A stretch of 64,000 nt of DNA. It comes from Clostridia bacterium (GTDB lineage Bacteria > Bacillota > Clostridia > Oscillospirales > CAG-272). Location of the stretch: assembly GCA_024405755.1 (NCBI GenBank), contig JAKSOD010000001.1, forward strand, positions 8,752 to 72,751. Reading direction: 5' to 3'. Of the stretch, positions 33,308-43,808 are shown in pieces (within the stretch, counting starts at the first letter, position 1; every line of letters begins with the position of its first letter). A model generated the notes under the pieces. That model had not been told where the DNA came from and ran no database searches. It worked only from the letters and a program-made list of their open reading frames with translations. The translations under genes were made by a program, and so were the position numbers.

Positions 33308-34772
33308 TATGAACTCCTTGTTTGGTTTTAATTTTTGATAAGAATCCTTTTACAATATTCCAGATATAGTTAAAACAGTCGAATCTGAAGATAACTGACC
33401 CGATAATATAGACAGCTATTCCAAGGAGAGTCTGAATGGCAAGTGTAAGTATATCATTCAGGTTTAGCAATGTTACGGAATATACGATTCCTCCCATAAC
33501 ACATGACAGGATTATTGTTGATGTAATATCCTTTATCTGTTCAAACACTCCGTAATCAAACAACTTCTTACTTGAGCTTGTGTTGATCACAAGACTTACA
33601 ATATCAGTCAGCAATTGTCCAAGTGCGAAGACAAAAACCCCGTTCCACATAGTTGCTGCAAGAATAATTAGACCGAATACCTTTTTGAAAACTTCCTGCT
33701 TTAAAATAAGGTCACTTCTTCCGATTGATTTAATTGCATTCAGATTGGAGAGATCAATAGGATAAAGAACGTATTTCAGACAGTATATAATAATAAAAGG
33801 GGCGCATGGAAGCCATTTTTCGGTCAGTAACAGACGAACCAATGGAACAGCACAAACAGCGATTCCGGTCATCATAGGCCACATGATATATGAACATATC
33901 GTTGTTGTACGCCTCATGACTGCTTTGAGCTCGCTTTTTTGATCCTGAATTGCAGACATAGTCGGAAAGAGAACGCTGTTGACCGAAAAATTAATATTCG
34001 AAACGACTGTATATGGAAGAGTTTGAGCTTTATTATAAAACGCAAGATCCTCTTTGGAATAAACTTTGCCGATAATCAACTGACAGATATCACCGTGCAG
34101 CGTGCTCAGCAGTTCCGCAACGAGAAGTTTCCATCCATACGAAAATAAACTCTTTAAACGCTGGAAAGAAAACTGTCTCTTCGGTCTCCATTTAACCGTA
34201 AGCCAAAGAATAATCGTATCAACAGTGTTGTTGAACAAACTCTGAGCGATCAGAGCCCAAACGCCGTATCCTCTGTATGCCATCCATATTCCGAGAGCGG
34301 CAGCACCTATTGTACCGCCCAATGTGGCAAAAAAGAATCGCTTGAAAAGCATATTCCTTGATACATATGAGCTCTGAATATTCTTAATTCCGGAAACAAT
34401 AAGTGTCAAACCCAGCACTCTTATCAAAGCAGTAAGATCGGGAATAGCATAAAAAACTGCAATGAATGGAGCGGAGACAAAAATTAAAATGTACAGAAGA
34501 ACGCAAACAACAATATTGAAATGAAACAATGTGGAAAAATCAAGGTCATCCGCATCTTTTTTTTGAATAAGTGCGTTGCCCATTCCGCTGCTGATAAATA
34601 TTTCAAGTATATTAATAAAAACTGTAACAATAGCTACTGTTCCGTATGCGTCAGGATCAAGTATTCGTGCAATAATGATCGAAACAACGAAAGTTACTCC
34701 CTGGGCACCGAAACGCTCAAGGAATTTCCAAAACAAGCCCAAGAATGTCGCACTCTTTAAATCTTTTTCCAT
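33297..34772 (-). CDS. wzx: Polysaccharide flippase (Wzx, MOP superfamily)
   Basis: 491 aa with about 12-14 TM segments. The N-terminus 'GLFWKFLERFGAQGVTFVVSIIIARIL.P..YG' is typical of Wzx/RfbX. Confidence 0.8.
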   Translation of the reverse strand: MEKDLKSATFLGLFWKFLERFGAQGVTFVVSIIIARILDPDAYGTVAIVTVFINILEIFISSGMGNALIQKKDADDLDFSTLFHFNIVVCVLLYILIFVSAPFIAVFYAIPDLTALIRVLGLTLIVSGIKNIQSSYVSRNMLFKRFFFATLGGTIGAAALGIWMAYRGYGVWALIAQSLFNNTVDTIILWLTVKWRPKRQFSFQRLKSLFSYGWKLLVAELLSTLHGDICQLIIGKVYSKEDLAFYNKAQTLPYTVVSNINFSVNSVLFPTMSAIQDQKSELKAVMRRTTTICSYIMWPMMTGIAVCAVPLVRLLLTEKWLPCAPFIIIYCLKYVLYPIDLSNLNAIKSIGRSDLILKQEVFKKVFGLIILAATMWNGVFVFALGQLLTDIVSLVINTSSSKKLFDYGVFEQIKDITSTIILSCVMGGIVYSVTLLNLNDILTLAIQTLLGIAVYIIGSVIFRFDCFNYIWNIVKGFLSKIKTKQGVHNEL

Positions 34773-34783
34773 TGTCTGATTTC

Positions 34784-35647
34784 TTATTTATGTAATTTGT
34801 TTTTAATGTGCCAGAAAAACCTTTTGATATATGTTTTATATTTCAGTTTTTTCAGCCCTGCCCGATCGGCATATTTCCAAAATAAGCTAAAATACCACGA
34901 AGAGTAGTTGTAATTCCATGGTTTGTCAGAACCCGCATAATGGATAAGAGCAGCATTTTTCAGCCGTTCATCAGCTTCTTGTTTGTCCTTTATGTGAAGA
35001 ATGGTCTGGTTGAAAATATGCCAGTCAACATATTTGACTCTGTCATAAAAAAGTGCATTCAATGTATCCTGATCATGATATTTCAGCACATCGCTGTGTT
35101 CTGCTATATAGTTTATCATCAGATCAGGGGCTACCTCACTGCGAAGAAGATCCAGATTCATGAGCAGTACGCCGGCGTTGAAGTAAGGATACCCTTTTGG
35201 AATATTCAGATTTTCGTAAACCGTCCATTCACGTTTTGAACCCCCCGGACCTTCGCAGACTACGAAATAACAATCTGTTCCGTGATCTTTGAAATCCTGA
35301 TCGTACAGAGCTTTCAATGAACTTACCGTGACAATATCGAGGTCAAGGTACAGTATCTTGTGAAGTTCCTTGGGAAGAAGAGTATGGGCCATCAGTCTGT
35401 AGTATGCTTCTTTTGTTATATGTATTGATGTCGGAGCATTATCGAAAATACCGTCCGGAATCTCAATAAAGTGAAGATTTCCGCCGTTTTTTTTAACCAG
35501 ATTACTGATTAATTCAATATTATCTTCAGTTAGTCCTGCGTATAGAACATAAATGTCAAGGGTTTCTTTTTCATTATCAAATAAAGACTGGAGCAGAGCA
35601 AGCCCCGGCATAACATAATAATTATTCGGCGCAATAAGTATATTCAT
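34784..35647 (-). CDS. Family-8 glycosyltransferase
   Basis: 'YYRL..LP.....ILYLDLDIV', 'FNAGVLLMNL' and 'HYAGSDKPW' are GT8 motifs. Confidence 0.8.
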   Translation of the reverse strand: MNILIAPNNYYVMPGLALLQSLFDNEKETLDIYVLYAGLTEDNIELISNLVKKNGGNLHFIEIPDGIFDNAPTSIHITKEAYYRLMAHTLLPKELHKILYLDLDIVTVSSLKALYDQDFKDHGTDCYFVVCEGPGGSKREWTVYENLNIPKGYPYFNAGVLLMNLDLLRSEVAPDLMINYIAEHSDVLKYHDQDTLNALFYDRVKYVDWHIFNQTILHIKDKQEADERLKNAALIHYAGSDKPWNYNYSSWYFSLFWKYADRAGLKKLKYKTYIKRFFWHIKNKLHK

Positions 35648-35659
35648 TTCAATTCTCCT

Positions 35660-36769
35660 TTAAATGCTTTTGATGAGTTTATCAAGTTCGGCAAATGCGG
35701 CATCGGTACCTGTGAATTCTTTTGAGTCGACAAGTATTGCCTGAGAAATAATCTGTTCTGCAGAAACGTTCGATAAATCGTCGATTCTGATATAACCTTG
35801 GCTGACGCCGCAATCTTCAAGCATATGGATGGTTTTATTGCTGTAAACCAGGGAAAAGACCGGAGTTCCAAGTGTCCATCCGAGAACGGTGGCGTGGAAA
35901 CGGGAAGCTATTACGAGCTCAGATTCAGCTATTGCTGAGAGCATTTCACAAATGTTTTCCGAATAATTCAGTACACGTACATTTTCAATTCCGCCGAGTT
36001 TACCAATAATACGGTCTATTTGTGTTTCATCTCCTTCTGAGCGGCAGAAAGACATAAGAATCACTTCATATCCCAACCCTGTAAATTCACGGCAGATATC
36101 AACGATTTTATTCGTATAAGAATCACCGGAAGACTGATATTCGCTTTTTTGTGAGACATCAATAACTGATATGGCAACTTGCTTCTTTTTGCTTTTGCAG
36201 CTGACAGCATTTTTAACGTATTCTGCCCCCATCAGAATGTCACCGCCGTGCCTGATGTTTTTCTTTGCTTTGAAAACATCAGCAGAAAAACTGTCTCTGA
36301 AATATATATCAGTAATAGAATCAAAGGCGCGGTTGAAGTTTTCAAAGAAGTAGTCGTTGAAACAGGGTCCCCAATTGGCACCGAGAACAAAATATGGCTT
36401 TCCGGCTTTTGCGGCTATTTCCCAATCCTGAATAAAAGAATAGTTTTCAACTTCTCTGCGGTGATAAACGGGAGGGTTCTTTTGATCAATGAAAAGAGAA
36501 CCGCCGATACAGACAACCGCATCAAATCTTTTCATATAAAGTTTGCTGTACAGTTTCGGCAACAAATATGTTTTATGTGATGTTAGCTTGGAAATACCCA
36601 AGAAATCAACAATTCTCAGATTACTGATATCTGAAAAAACTGATTTGTTCTCCGTTCTCAGAGTAGGAAGATAAAACTTAACATCAGGGTATCTGTCAGT
36701 TATGACACGAAAAAACAGATCGTCTCCAAGATTATTCTGTGTATATCCGTGAAGCAGTATTTTTTTCAT
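35660..36769 (-). CDS. Polysaccharide pyruvyl transferase family protein
   Basis: 'GYTQNNLGDDLFFRVI', '..CIGGSLF..', '..ASRFHATVLG' match the CsaB/WcaK-type pattern. Confidence 0.75.
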   Translation of the reverse strand: MKKILLHGYTQNNLGDDLFFRVITDRYPDVKFYLPTLRTENKSVFSDISNLRIVDFLGISKLTSHKTYLLPKLYSKLYMKRFDAVVCIGGSLFIDQKNPPVYHRREVENYSFIQDWEIAAKAGKPYFVLGANWGPCFNDYFFENFNRAFDSITDIYFRDSFSADVFKAKKNIRHGGDILMGAEYVKNAVSCKSKKKQVAISVIDVSQKSEYQSSGDSYTNKIVDICREFTGLGYEVILMSFCRSEGDETQIDRIIGKLGGIENVRVLNYSENICEMLSAIAESELVIASRFHATVLGWTLGTPVFSLVYSNKTIHMLEDCGVSQGYIRIDDLSNVSAEQIISQAILVDSKEFTGTDAAFAELDKLIKSI

Positions 36770-36949
36770 CTTATGATCTCTTATTTATTTAATAACATCA
36801 AGTTGTTTTTTGGAATCCATCGTCATTATAGTTGAAGGCTTCTGTTAAAGTGTTTGATATTACAGCACAATCAGCTTTTTCACATTTATGAATGCAGTTG
36901 TTGATCATGGGTTGATTGGAGCAAGGATGTGAATCGGAGCATATAATAA

Positions 36950-37966
36950 TCAATGATTCAGCCAAAAAGTAATTGCTGATAACAATTTATTATACCAAAG
37001 GAAAGCTTGGATTTTTTCCTTTTTTTCTTTTCCGTGTTTCAGAATAAAACCGCTTGATTCATGCAGAAGCGGATCGGAGCAGAGTTCTTTCAGTTTACTT
37101 TTCAGTTCTTTACCGGAGTAGAAAACACAAAGCTGTTCTTCTGCATAACTTACTGCAAAATTGATAGCCTGCTTATGCCTGTTGTATTCAAGATCCTCGC
37201 TGTTTCCAAAACGTTCCGTCAGGGTATCAACCGATTTGCCAAGCAAATCCTTGTATCTTTCCCACAACTTTTTATTCTGCTTCCGCGTGGCGGAAGACGA
37301 AGAAACGTTATACATATAGAGTGGTTCGTTCACAACTCCGATTTTTTTCGCAAAAGACAGATATGTAATATTGAAAATCGTGTCTTCCCCTATTGTAATT
37401 CCGACCGGGAATCTGATGTTGTTTTCCCTGATAATGTCTGCACGATACAGATTCGGCCAGACGCTGCCGTAAAGCATTGCCTGTTTTTTACCTTTGTAAT
37501 ATCCGTCCCAGAATGCCATTGAATATGCTGTGGATCCGGCGGCGTCTTCCGGCAGATCATCATGAAAGGGAAGAAAAACGGGATTTTTGGTTCCGTCGTC
37601 GCTGACCTTTTCATATCCGCCCATTACGAGGTCGCATTTTTCGCTTTCTGCTTTTTCGATCAGTTTTCGGAACATATCCGGATAAATTCCGTCGTCGCAG
37701 TCAATAAAACCGATGTACTTTCCACGGGCTTCTTCAAGTCCGAGATTACGAGCGGTAGAAACTCCTCCGTTGGTTTTGTGAATAACTCGGATGTGGCTCG
37801 GATTCTCTGCAGCAAATGTGTCACAGATCAAACCAGTATCATCTGTCGATCCGTCGTCTATCAGCAGCAATTCCCAGTCTTCAATTGATTGTGACAGTAC
37901 ATTACGGCACAACGGTGCAACGAATTTTCCGCCGTTAAATATCGGCGTAATGATTGACAATTCCAT
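36950..37966 (-). CDS. Family-2 glycosyltransferase
   Basis: 'LSIITPIFNGGKFV...WELLLIDDGSTDDT...GFIDCDD'. Confidence 0.85.
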   Translation of the reverse strand: MELSIITPIFNGGKFVAPLCRNVLSQSIEDWELLLIDDGSTDDTGLICDTFAAENPSHIRVIHKTNGGVSTARNLGLEEARGKYIGFIDCDDGIYPDMFRKLIEKAESEKCDLVMGGYEKVSDDGTKNPVFLPFHDDLPEDAAGSTAYSMAFWDGYYKGKKQAMLYGSVWPNLYRADIIRENNIRFPVGITIGEDTIFNITYLSFAKKIGVVNEPLYMYNVSSSSATRKQNKKLWERYKDLLGKSVDTLTERFGNSEDLEYNRHKQAINFAVSYAEEQLCVFYSGKELKSKLKELCSDPLLHESSGFILKHGKEKKEKIQAFLWYNKLLSAITFWLNH

Positions 37967-38019
37967 AAGCAGGTTTCCTTTTTTGGGGGGATATTTTGAG
38001 GAATGAAATGAATCAGTTT

Positions 38020-39138
38020 TTATTCGGGGTCTCCCGACAGTAATTTTTCTATTTTGTTTATTTGTTTGTGAAGATCGAAATTATCTGTATTTCGGGAAGC
38101 AATTTCCAGGCTCTTTTCATATGTGTCAGAATTGACAAGCAACTCACGCAGTCCGTTTTTGATACCATCCGAAGTGTTGTCGACAAGCATCCCGGCCTCA
38201 CCGTTTTTCAGAAGTTCCACAGGACCTACGCATCTGGTACTCATCACGGGAATACCAAGCACCATTGCTTCCGCTGTAACAAGAGAAAACGATTCGTCAC
38301 GTGACGATAGAAGAAACAGATCCGCTTGTTTCAGAATCGGATATGGATTGTTGAAGTATCCGGCAAGAATAATGTCATCGCCGAGACCGCGTTCCGTAAT
38401 CATTTTCTCATAAAATTCACGTTCATATCCTTCACCGAGAATCGTAATTCGTGTCGGTTTTATTCCCTCATTTTTCAGTTCACCGTATACTTCGATCAGT
38501 CTGTCAAAGCCTTTCTGAGGCGTAAAACGACCGATACAAACGATGTTGAAACGATCTGTGGGAAGTATGAGTGCAGGAGATTCTTCCGCCTTTTTTCTGA
38601 TTTCTTCGGAGGGAACCGGATTATAAATGACACACGTGGGAAGATCTGCACCGAATTTCCGGATAAATTTCTTCTCACAATCCTGCGACACATTGACGAT
38701 CTTATCAAAATTCCGGTAAAATTTTTTTCTTCCTCGTTTTGTTTTCATCTCAAATCCCTGATATCCGCGTTCAATGACGTCCATATGGATCCAGGCAATT
38801 TTTTTTGATGTTTTGGAAGGTGAGTGACCGATCACACGGGAAGGAATATCGTCCCCGCAGGCTATCTCGACATCATACTTGTCATGAATGAAGGTACGGT
38901 AAACCAAAGAAGCAGGGAAAGAGGTAACGTAGCGTATTACGAAACGAATAAACCGGGGAAAAAAGTATTTTTTGTGTACATAGTCCGGAATGTTATCCCA
39001 ATAATACCCACCGGCGTACATGCTCATAAGAGTAATATCGTATTTTTCGGGATCAATGTTTTTTATAATATCATAAGTAACTTTTTCTGTTCCGCCGGTG
39101 TCAAAGTGAACTGTGAGAAACAACAACTTTTTTTTCAT
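38020..39138 (-). CDS. Family-4 (GT-B) glycosyltransferase
   Basis: The C-terminal 'LLSSRDESFSLVTAEAMVLGIPVMSTRCVGPVELL' has the E-x7-E motif. Confidence 0.85.
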   Translation of the reverse strand: MKKKLLFLTVHFDTGGTEKVTYDIIKNIDPEKYDITLMSMYAGGYYWDNIPDYVHKKYFFPRFIRFVIRYVTSFPASLVYRTFIHDKYDVEIACGDDIPSRVIGHSPSKTSKKIAWIHMDVIERGYQGFEMKTKRGRKKFYRNFDKIVNVSQDCEKKFIRKFGADLPTCVIYNPVPSEEIRKKAEESPALILPTDRFNIVCIGRFTPQKGFDRLIEVYGELKNEGIKPTRITILGEGYEREFYEKMITERGLGDDIILAGYFNNPYPILKQADLFLLSSRDESFSLVTAEAMVLGIPVMSTRCVGPVELLKNGEAGMLVDNTSDGIKNGLRELLVNSDTYEKSLEIASRNTDNFDLHKQINKIEKLLSGDPE

Positions 39139-39148
39139 CGTATCATCC

Positions 39149-40168
39149 TCAACGTCTTTTAATTTGGAAAACGACCGAATGAATAAACAAACTTGTGCGG
39201 ATCAGACGGTGTTTGATCAGGAAAAGCATCATTTTCCCGCGGGCAGAGGAAGGATTTGTTCGTGAAATGCATTCCAACGTGTCCTCGGAAGAGTAAAAAC
39301 GCCGGATCTCTTTAAGTTTTTCTTTGCGTGAAAGAGGGCAAGCCGAATATAGTAAATTGTTAATACAGGCACTTATGTATGTCAGGTAGTTTTCGTTGAA
39401 TATTTTCTCAAACTCGGGACTGTAGTTTTTCTTTGCCCACTCAATTTCTTCACGGTAGGCATTTCCCTTGCAGTCGAATTTATCCGGATTGTATTTAGTT
39501 GTTACGCTTCCTGATTCACGACGTTGATATAAATACAATCCATTTGAGATCGAAGAGAGCGAAGCAGAGAGGTCTATCGCACGAAGTACCATCAGTAAAT
39601 CTTCTTCAACAACAGTTCCGTCAGGATATCTGAGTCCTTTTTCTTTGAACAGAGATGAAGAAAATGCCTTGTTGGCGGTACTGTTAAGATCACCGCTTTC
39701 AAAGTGATCAGTAATAAAACGTATTATATTGTTTTTCCCCAAAACAGCCGTTGTTGTATCAGGAAAAGTACGAAGAATCTCTCCGTTTTTCCCGATATGT
39801 CTGATTCCGAAGAAAACAAGATCTGAATTTGTTTTTTCTATCGTTTCGTTGAGTACATTGAAGTAATCCTTGCTGACCATATCATCTGAATCAACAAAAG
39901 TGAGATAATCTCCGCTTGCAGCTTCAATTCCATTATTTCGTGCAGCAGCGGGACCGGAGTTTTTCTGTGAGATAAATTTAATATTCCCGTATTTTCCGGC
40001 GTATTCACGACAGATGTCTCCCGATCCGTCACTTGATCCGTCATCAATCAGGACCAATTCAAAAACGTCTTCCGCTGCAAGCTTTTCATTGCCGCACAGC
40101 AGGCTGTCAAGACAATTTCTGAGATAATCCGAACTGTTGTATATGGGAATTATTACGCTGAATTTCAT
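39149..40168 (-). CDS. Family-2 glycosyltransferase
   Basis: 'FSVIIPIYNSSDYL...LVLIDDGSSDGS...FVDSDD'. Confidence 0.85.
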   Translation of the reverse strand: MKFSVIIPIYNSSDYLRNCLDSLLCGNEKLAAEDVFELVLIDDGSSDGSGDICREYAGKYGNIKFISQKNSGPAAARNNGIEAASGDYLTFVDSDDMVSKDYFNVLNETIEKTNSDLVFFGIRHIGKNGEILRTFPDTTTAVLGKNNIIRFITDHFESGDLNSTANKAFSSSLFKEKGLRYPDGTVVEEDLLMVLRAIDLSASLSSISNGLYLYQRRESGSVTTKYNPDKFDCKGNAYREEIEWAKKNYSPEFEKIFNENYLTYISACINNLLYSACPLSRKEKLKEIRRFYSSEDTLECISRTNPSSARGKMMLFLIKHRLIRTSLFIHSVVFQIKRR

Positions 40169-40197
40169 TTGAAAATTCTCCTGATTTTCGAATCTTT

Positions 40198-41550
40198 TCA
40201 GTTTTTTCCTTTGGAATATAGCAAAGATCGCGGATCTTCCATAATTTTTTTGTTCTTTTTTGACTTAAATTCAAACTTGTCCCACAGCAATGCAAACTCA
40301 ACAAGATACAGCATAATCATCTTGTCTCTGTGCCGCAGAGCAGTACCGGAATTTGAACATCCCCATGAGAAAATGAAAAGCACAAGTACGGAGGCGAAGA
40401 ACAATGCCGAAACCATCGAGGGTATCTCAGACTTGCGTTTGAAAATGGAATATATGGCAAACACAAAAATGCCGAAATAGAAAACCCCGCTCAGGAAAAA
40501 TGCTATAATATCGTTTAGACCTCGCCAGTCCCACGGCATGGGAGAAAGCATAAAGTACAGTATTCTTGTCGGAGTGTTAATGATAAACGCCGGCAGACTG
40601 TCACTGTTAATTATGTTTGCGTTATAAGCAGATGCTCCGTCAACATAGTACTGTGAAATGGAGACAACTTCACTGATAGAGTCGGCTCCTCGGAAGTATG
40701 CGGAAATACCGAGTTCATCTCCGATACCTGTGTTAATTGTCACAAGCATAAAGGCGACAAAACCCACAATGCAGATTGTCATTGTTTTGGGGTCAAATAT
40801 TTTAAAACGGCGAACTCCGTCCTTTTTTGTTGACGTTATTGCAAGACAGGCTATTCCTCCGGTAAAAGCGATTGTTCCGGAATGAAGCCAAACTGCCGGA
40901 AGTGAGATGATTATTGAGATCAAAAGGAATTTCCAATTGTCTTCATACCACCACCTTGTGAAGAAATAAATGCATATTGATACAAGCAATATTAACAGAC
41001 TTTCTCTTAGCAGAACTGCGGACATAATTGCATAGTTAGGTAAGAAACAAGCAAGCGCCATAGTGATGTATCTTGTTTTTTCGCTTATATTGAGTTTGTG
41101 CAGCGTGGCGTTGATCACAGAGAGCGCAGACATTGAAAACAAAATATTGATAAATCTGCCGAAAAACATAGAAGAACCGTAAATGGTAAATTGCCAACCG
41201 AGGAAAGCGGGATAACCGCTGAACTTGGTTCCGTTCACGATATGCGATATTGCATTATAGTAGAATGTCCACTCGTCATATCCTGAATTGGGCAGAAGAA
41301 GGATATCACTGAAATACTGAATCCACACAAATACAAGGATTCTGAAAGTTAATGCTCCTAGGAATAAACCGAGAAGTTTGCGGTCATTCCGGTACTGATA
41401 AGTCATACATAACAGTAAAATAAAGGTGGTGATAACAGTCAACCATATGTATGTTTCTTCCGAAAAACCGTACTGACCTTCCGGCAGAAATTGCAGAGCA
41501 AAATTAATAAACAGATTTTCAATACAAAACAAAAACCAAAATATCCACAT
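40198..41550 (-). CDS. Polytopic membrane protein, probable repeat-unit polymerase (Wzy/EpsG-like)
   Basis: 450 aa with more than 10 TM segments, inside the EPS cluster. Called from position and topology only. Confidence 0.55.
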   Translation of the reverse strand: MWIFWFLFCIENLFINFALQFLPEGQYGFSEETYIWLTVITTFILLLCMTYQYRNDRKLLGLFLGALTFRILVFVWIQYFSDILLLPNSGYDEWTFYYNAISHIVNGTKFSGYPAFLGWQFTIYGSSMFFGRFINILFSMSALSVINATLHKLNISEKTRYITMALACFLPNYAIMSAVLLRESLLILLVSICIYFFTRWWYEDNWKFLLISIIISLPAVWLHSGTIAFTGGIACLAITSTKKDGVRRFKIFDPKTMTICIVGFVAFMLVTINTGIGDELGISAYFRGADSISEVVSISQYYVDGASAYNANIINSDSLPAFIINTPTRILYFMLSPMPWDWRGLNDIIAFFLSGVFYFGIFVFAIYSIFKRKSEIPSMVSALFFASVLVLFIFSWGCSNSGTALRHRDKMIMLYLVEFALLWDKFEFKSKKNKKIMEDPRSLLYSKGKN

Positions 41551-41764
41551 AAGATAAAAAGTCTCCGTTTAATTATAATTAACTTACATTATTATATCAC
41601 AAAAAAATTGTTTTTGCAATATAATAATCAAATGAATAAATAATATAATGTGTTATTTCGAATAAAAACAAAAAAACACTTTACAAAACGCGGTTTTGGT
41701 GATATAATATCACAAAATGGCAGAAAATGTCGTGATATGTATTCTTAAATATTTTTATTGAAGA

Positions 41765-42475
41765 ATGTTAACGCTTCGAACTGCCAATAATACACTTGAA
41801 CAGAAAACTGAAATAATGCAAAAAACTGATATGAAGAAATACAGACCGCCGACGGTGTTTCGCTTTGTCAAGCGTGTGTTTGATGTTTTCACCAGCCTGC
41901 TAACGATCATTATCCTGTCTCCGATATTGCTGATAATAGCAGCCGTCATTCTTCTGACCGACGGCAGACCGATAGTGTTTTCACAGCGCAGAGTGGGACT
42001 TGACGGAAAAATATTCAAATGTTTAAAATTCCGCACTATGCGGAAAGATACTCCCCCGTATCTCGGAAAAGGGGAGATCGAGGATCCGGAACGATATATT
42101 ACCGGATTCGGAAGATTCCTTCGCAGGACAAGTCTCGATGAACTTCCGCAGTTATTCAATATCCTTGAGGGAGACATGAGTATTGTCGGACCGAGACCGA
42201 TTATAGCCGAAGAACTCAATCTTCAGCGTTTGCGTAAGGAAGCGGGAGTTTATGACGTAAGACCCGGACTTACGGGTTATGCGCAGGTCATGGGAAGAAA
42301 CGACCTTGATGATGAAACCAAGGTGAGTTATGACAAATACTATCTTGATCATATATCCATAGGACTTGATCTGAGTATTATTCTGAGAACTTTTTTCGTT
42401 GTTCTTCTTCGCAAAGGTGAACACGAAGGAGCATGTGTGATTCAACCCGATGAAGATGAAACCGAACACAAATAA
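41765..42475 (+). CDS. Undecaprenyl-phosphate sugar phosphotransferase (bacterial sugar transferase family)
   Basis: 'KRVFDVFTSLLTIIILSPILLIIA..DGRPIVFSQRRVG..FKCLKFRTM..DELPQLFNILEGDMSIVGPRP'. The true start is probably at 41816 or 41831. Confidence 0.85.
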   Translation: MLTLRTANNTLEQKTEIMQKTDMKKYRPPTVFRFVKRVFDVFTSLLTIIILSPILLIIAAVILLTDGRPIVFSQRRVGLDGKIFKCLKFRTMRKDTPPYLGKGEIEDPERYITGFGRFLRRTSLDELPQLFNILEGDMSIVGPRPIIAEELNLQRLRKEAGVYDVRPGLTGYAQVMGRNDLDDETKVSYDKYYLDHISIGLDLSIILRTFFVVLLRKGEHEGACVIQPDEDETEHK

Positions 42476-42498
42476 GCGGCTGCCGGAGGCAGCCGCTT
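42474..42498. terminator. Bidirectional terminator
   Basis: AAGCGGCTGCC-GGA-GGCAGCCGCTT followed by ATTTGTTATT. Confidence 0.75.
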
Positions 42499-42503
42499 AT
42501 TTG

Positions 42504-43808
42504 TTATTCTTCTTCTTCGTCTTCTTGAGGGCGTTCACCTACCGTAACGGTAAGTTTTGTGACTCTGACATCATCTTCCATCTCTGAAACGAGAACAGTA
42601 AGAAAATCGTATTTGAAGATGTCACCGACGTGAGGATCGGAGTTCAGGTTTTCGATTGCCCAACCGCCTACGGTTGAGTATTCACATTCGAAGTCCTTGG
42701 GTTCATAATCGAGTTCATAGAAGAAATCGTCAATGTTCATTTCACCGATTACTTCATACTTATTCGGCGCGATCTCTGTCATACTTGGCACGATCTCGTC
42801 GGATTCATCCCAGATATCTCCAACGATTTCTTCGAGAATATCTTCGATGGTAACAACGCCCATAGTGCCGCCGAATTCATCAATTACTATTGCAATATGA
42901 GTCTGACGGTCACGGAGATGCTTCAGCGCAGCCGGAAGTTTCATAGTCTTGTGCAGAAAGCACGGTTTGATCAAAAGACTGCGAAGGTCAACTTTATTGT
43001 TGTCAACAGCTTCTTTGAAGTAATGATTGAGGTAAAGTACTCCGATAATGTTATCAATGCTGTCGCTGTAAACAGGAATACGCGAAAATGTCGATCCTTC
43101 GATTATATTGCGGATATTTTCCGGATCGTCATCAATATCGATTGTAACGAGATCAATACGCGGTGTCATAACTTCTTCTATTGTGGTCTCGTGGAATTCA
43201 AGAGAAGATTGAAGAAGTTCACTCTGATCTTCGTCAATGACACCTTCTTCTTCAACTGTGTCAATAATGGAAGAAAGTTCATCCTCGGTTACGTCGGGGG
43301 CAGAGCCGTCGGAATCTTTCCCCCATAGCTTACGGAGAAGCCACAGCAGTCCCATCACGATAATAACAGCGGGAAAGAGAACGATCGTGAGTACTCTTAC
43401 AGGTATCGCGACCCAGCGAACGACCTTGTCGGCGTTCTGCTTACAGAGGATCTTGGGGCAGATCTCTCCAAAGATCAGAACTATCAGCGTCATTACAATG
43501 GTAGATACCGTAGAAGCAACTCCGGCGAGATTGTCTTTGCCGCTCAGGTGGGTGAACAACTGAATAAAAAGCGTTGTAGCGCAGGTGGAAGCGGCAATGT
43601 TTGCAAGGTTATTGCCGATAAGAATAGCCGAAAGTGCAGTGGTGAAATGTTCGCTGATACTGTACGCTATTTTAGCCGTCTTTTTTCCTTCTTCGGCAGC
43701 GTGATGCAAACGCATTTTGTTTGCTGCATTAAAGGATATTTCGCTTCCGGAGAAGAAAGCGGAGAGGACGAGCATCAGAAAAATAATAGCTATGTAAATT
43801 CCCGTCAT
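42504..43808 (-). CDS. CNNM/CorC-family (DUF21-CBS-CorC_HlyC) transporter, 'hemolysin family' protein
   Basis: N-terminal DUF21 TM segments, a CBS pair ('VMTPRIDLVTI..', '..IAIVIDEFGGTMGVVTIEDILEEIVGDIWDE') and a CorC C-terminal domain. Confidence 0.85.
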   Translation of the reverse strand: MTGIYIAIIFLMLVLSAFFSGSEISFNAANKMRLHHAAEEGKKTAKIAYSISEHFTTALSAILIGNNLANIAASTCATTLFIQLFTHLSGKDNLAGVASTVSTIVMTLIVLIFGEICPKILCKQNADKVVRWVAIPVRVLTIVLFPAVIIVMGLLWLLRKLWGKDSDGSAPDVTEDELSSIIDTVEEEGVIDEDQSELLQSSLEFHETTIEEVMTPRIDLVTIDIDDDPENIRNIIEGSTFSRIPVYSDSIDNIIGVLYLNHYFKEAVDNNKVDLRSLLIKPCFLHKTMKLPAALKHLRDRQTHIAIVIDEFGGTMGVVTIEDILEEIVGDIWDESDEIVPSMTEIAPNKYEVIGEMNIDDFFYELDYEPKDFECEYSTVGGWAIENLNSDPHVGDIFKYDFLTVLVSEMEDDVRVTKLTVTVGERPQEDEEEE

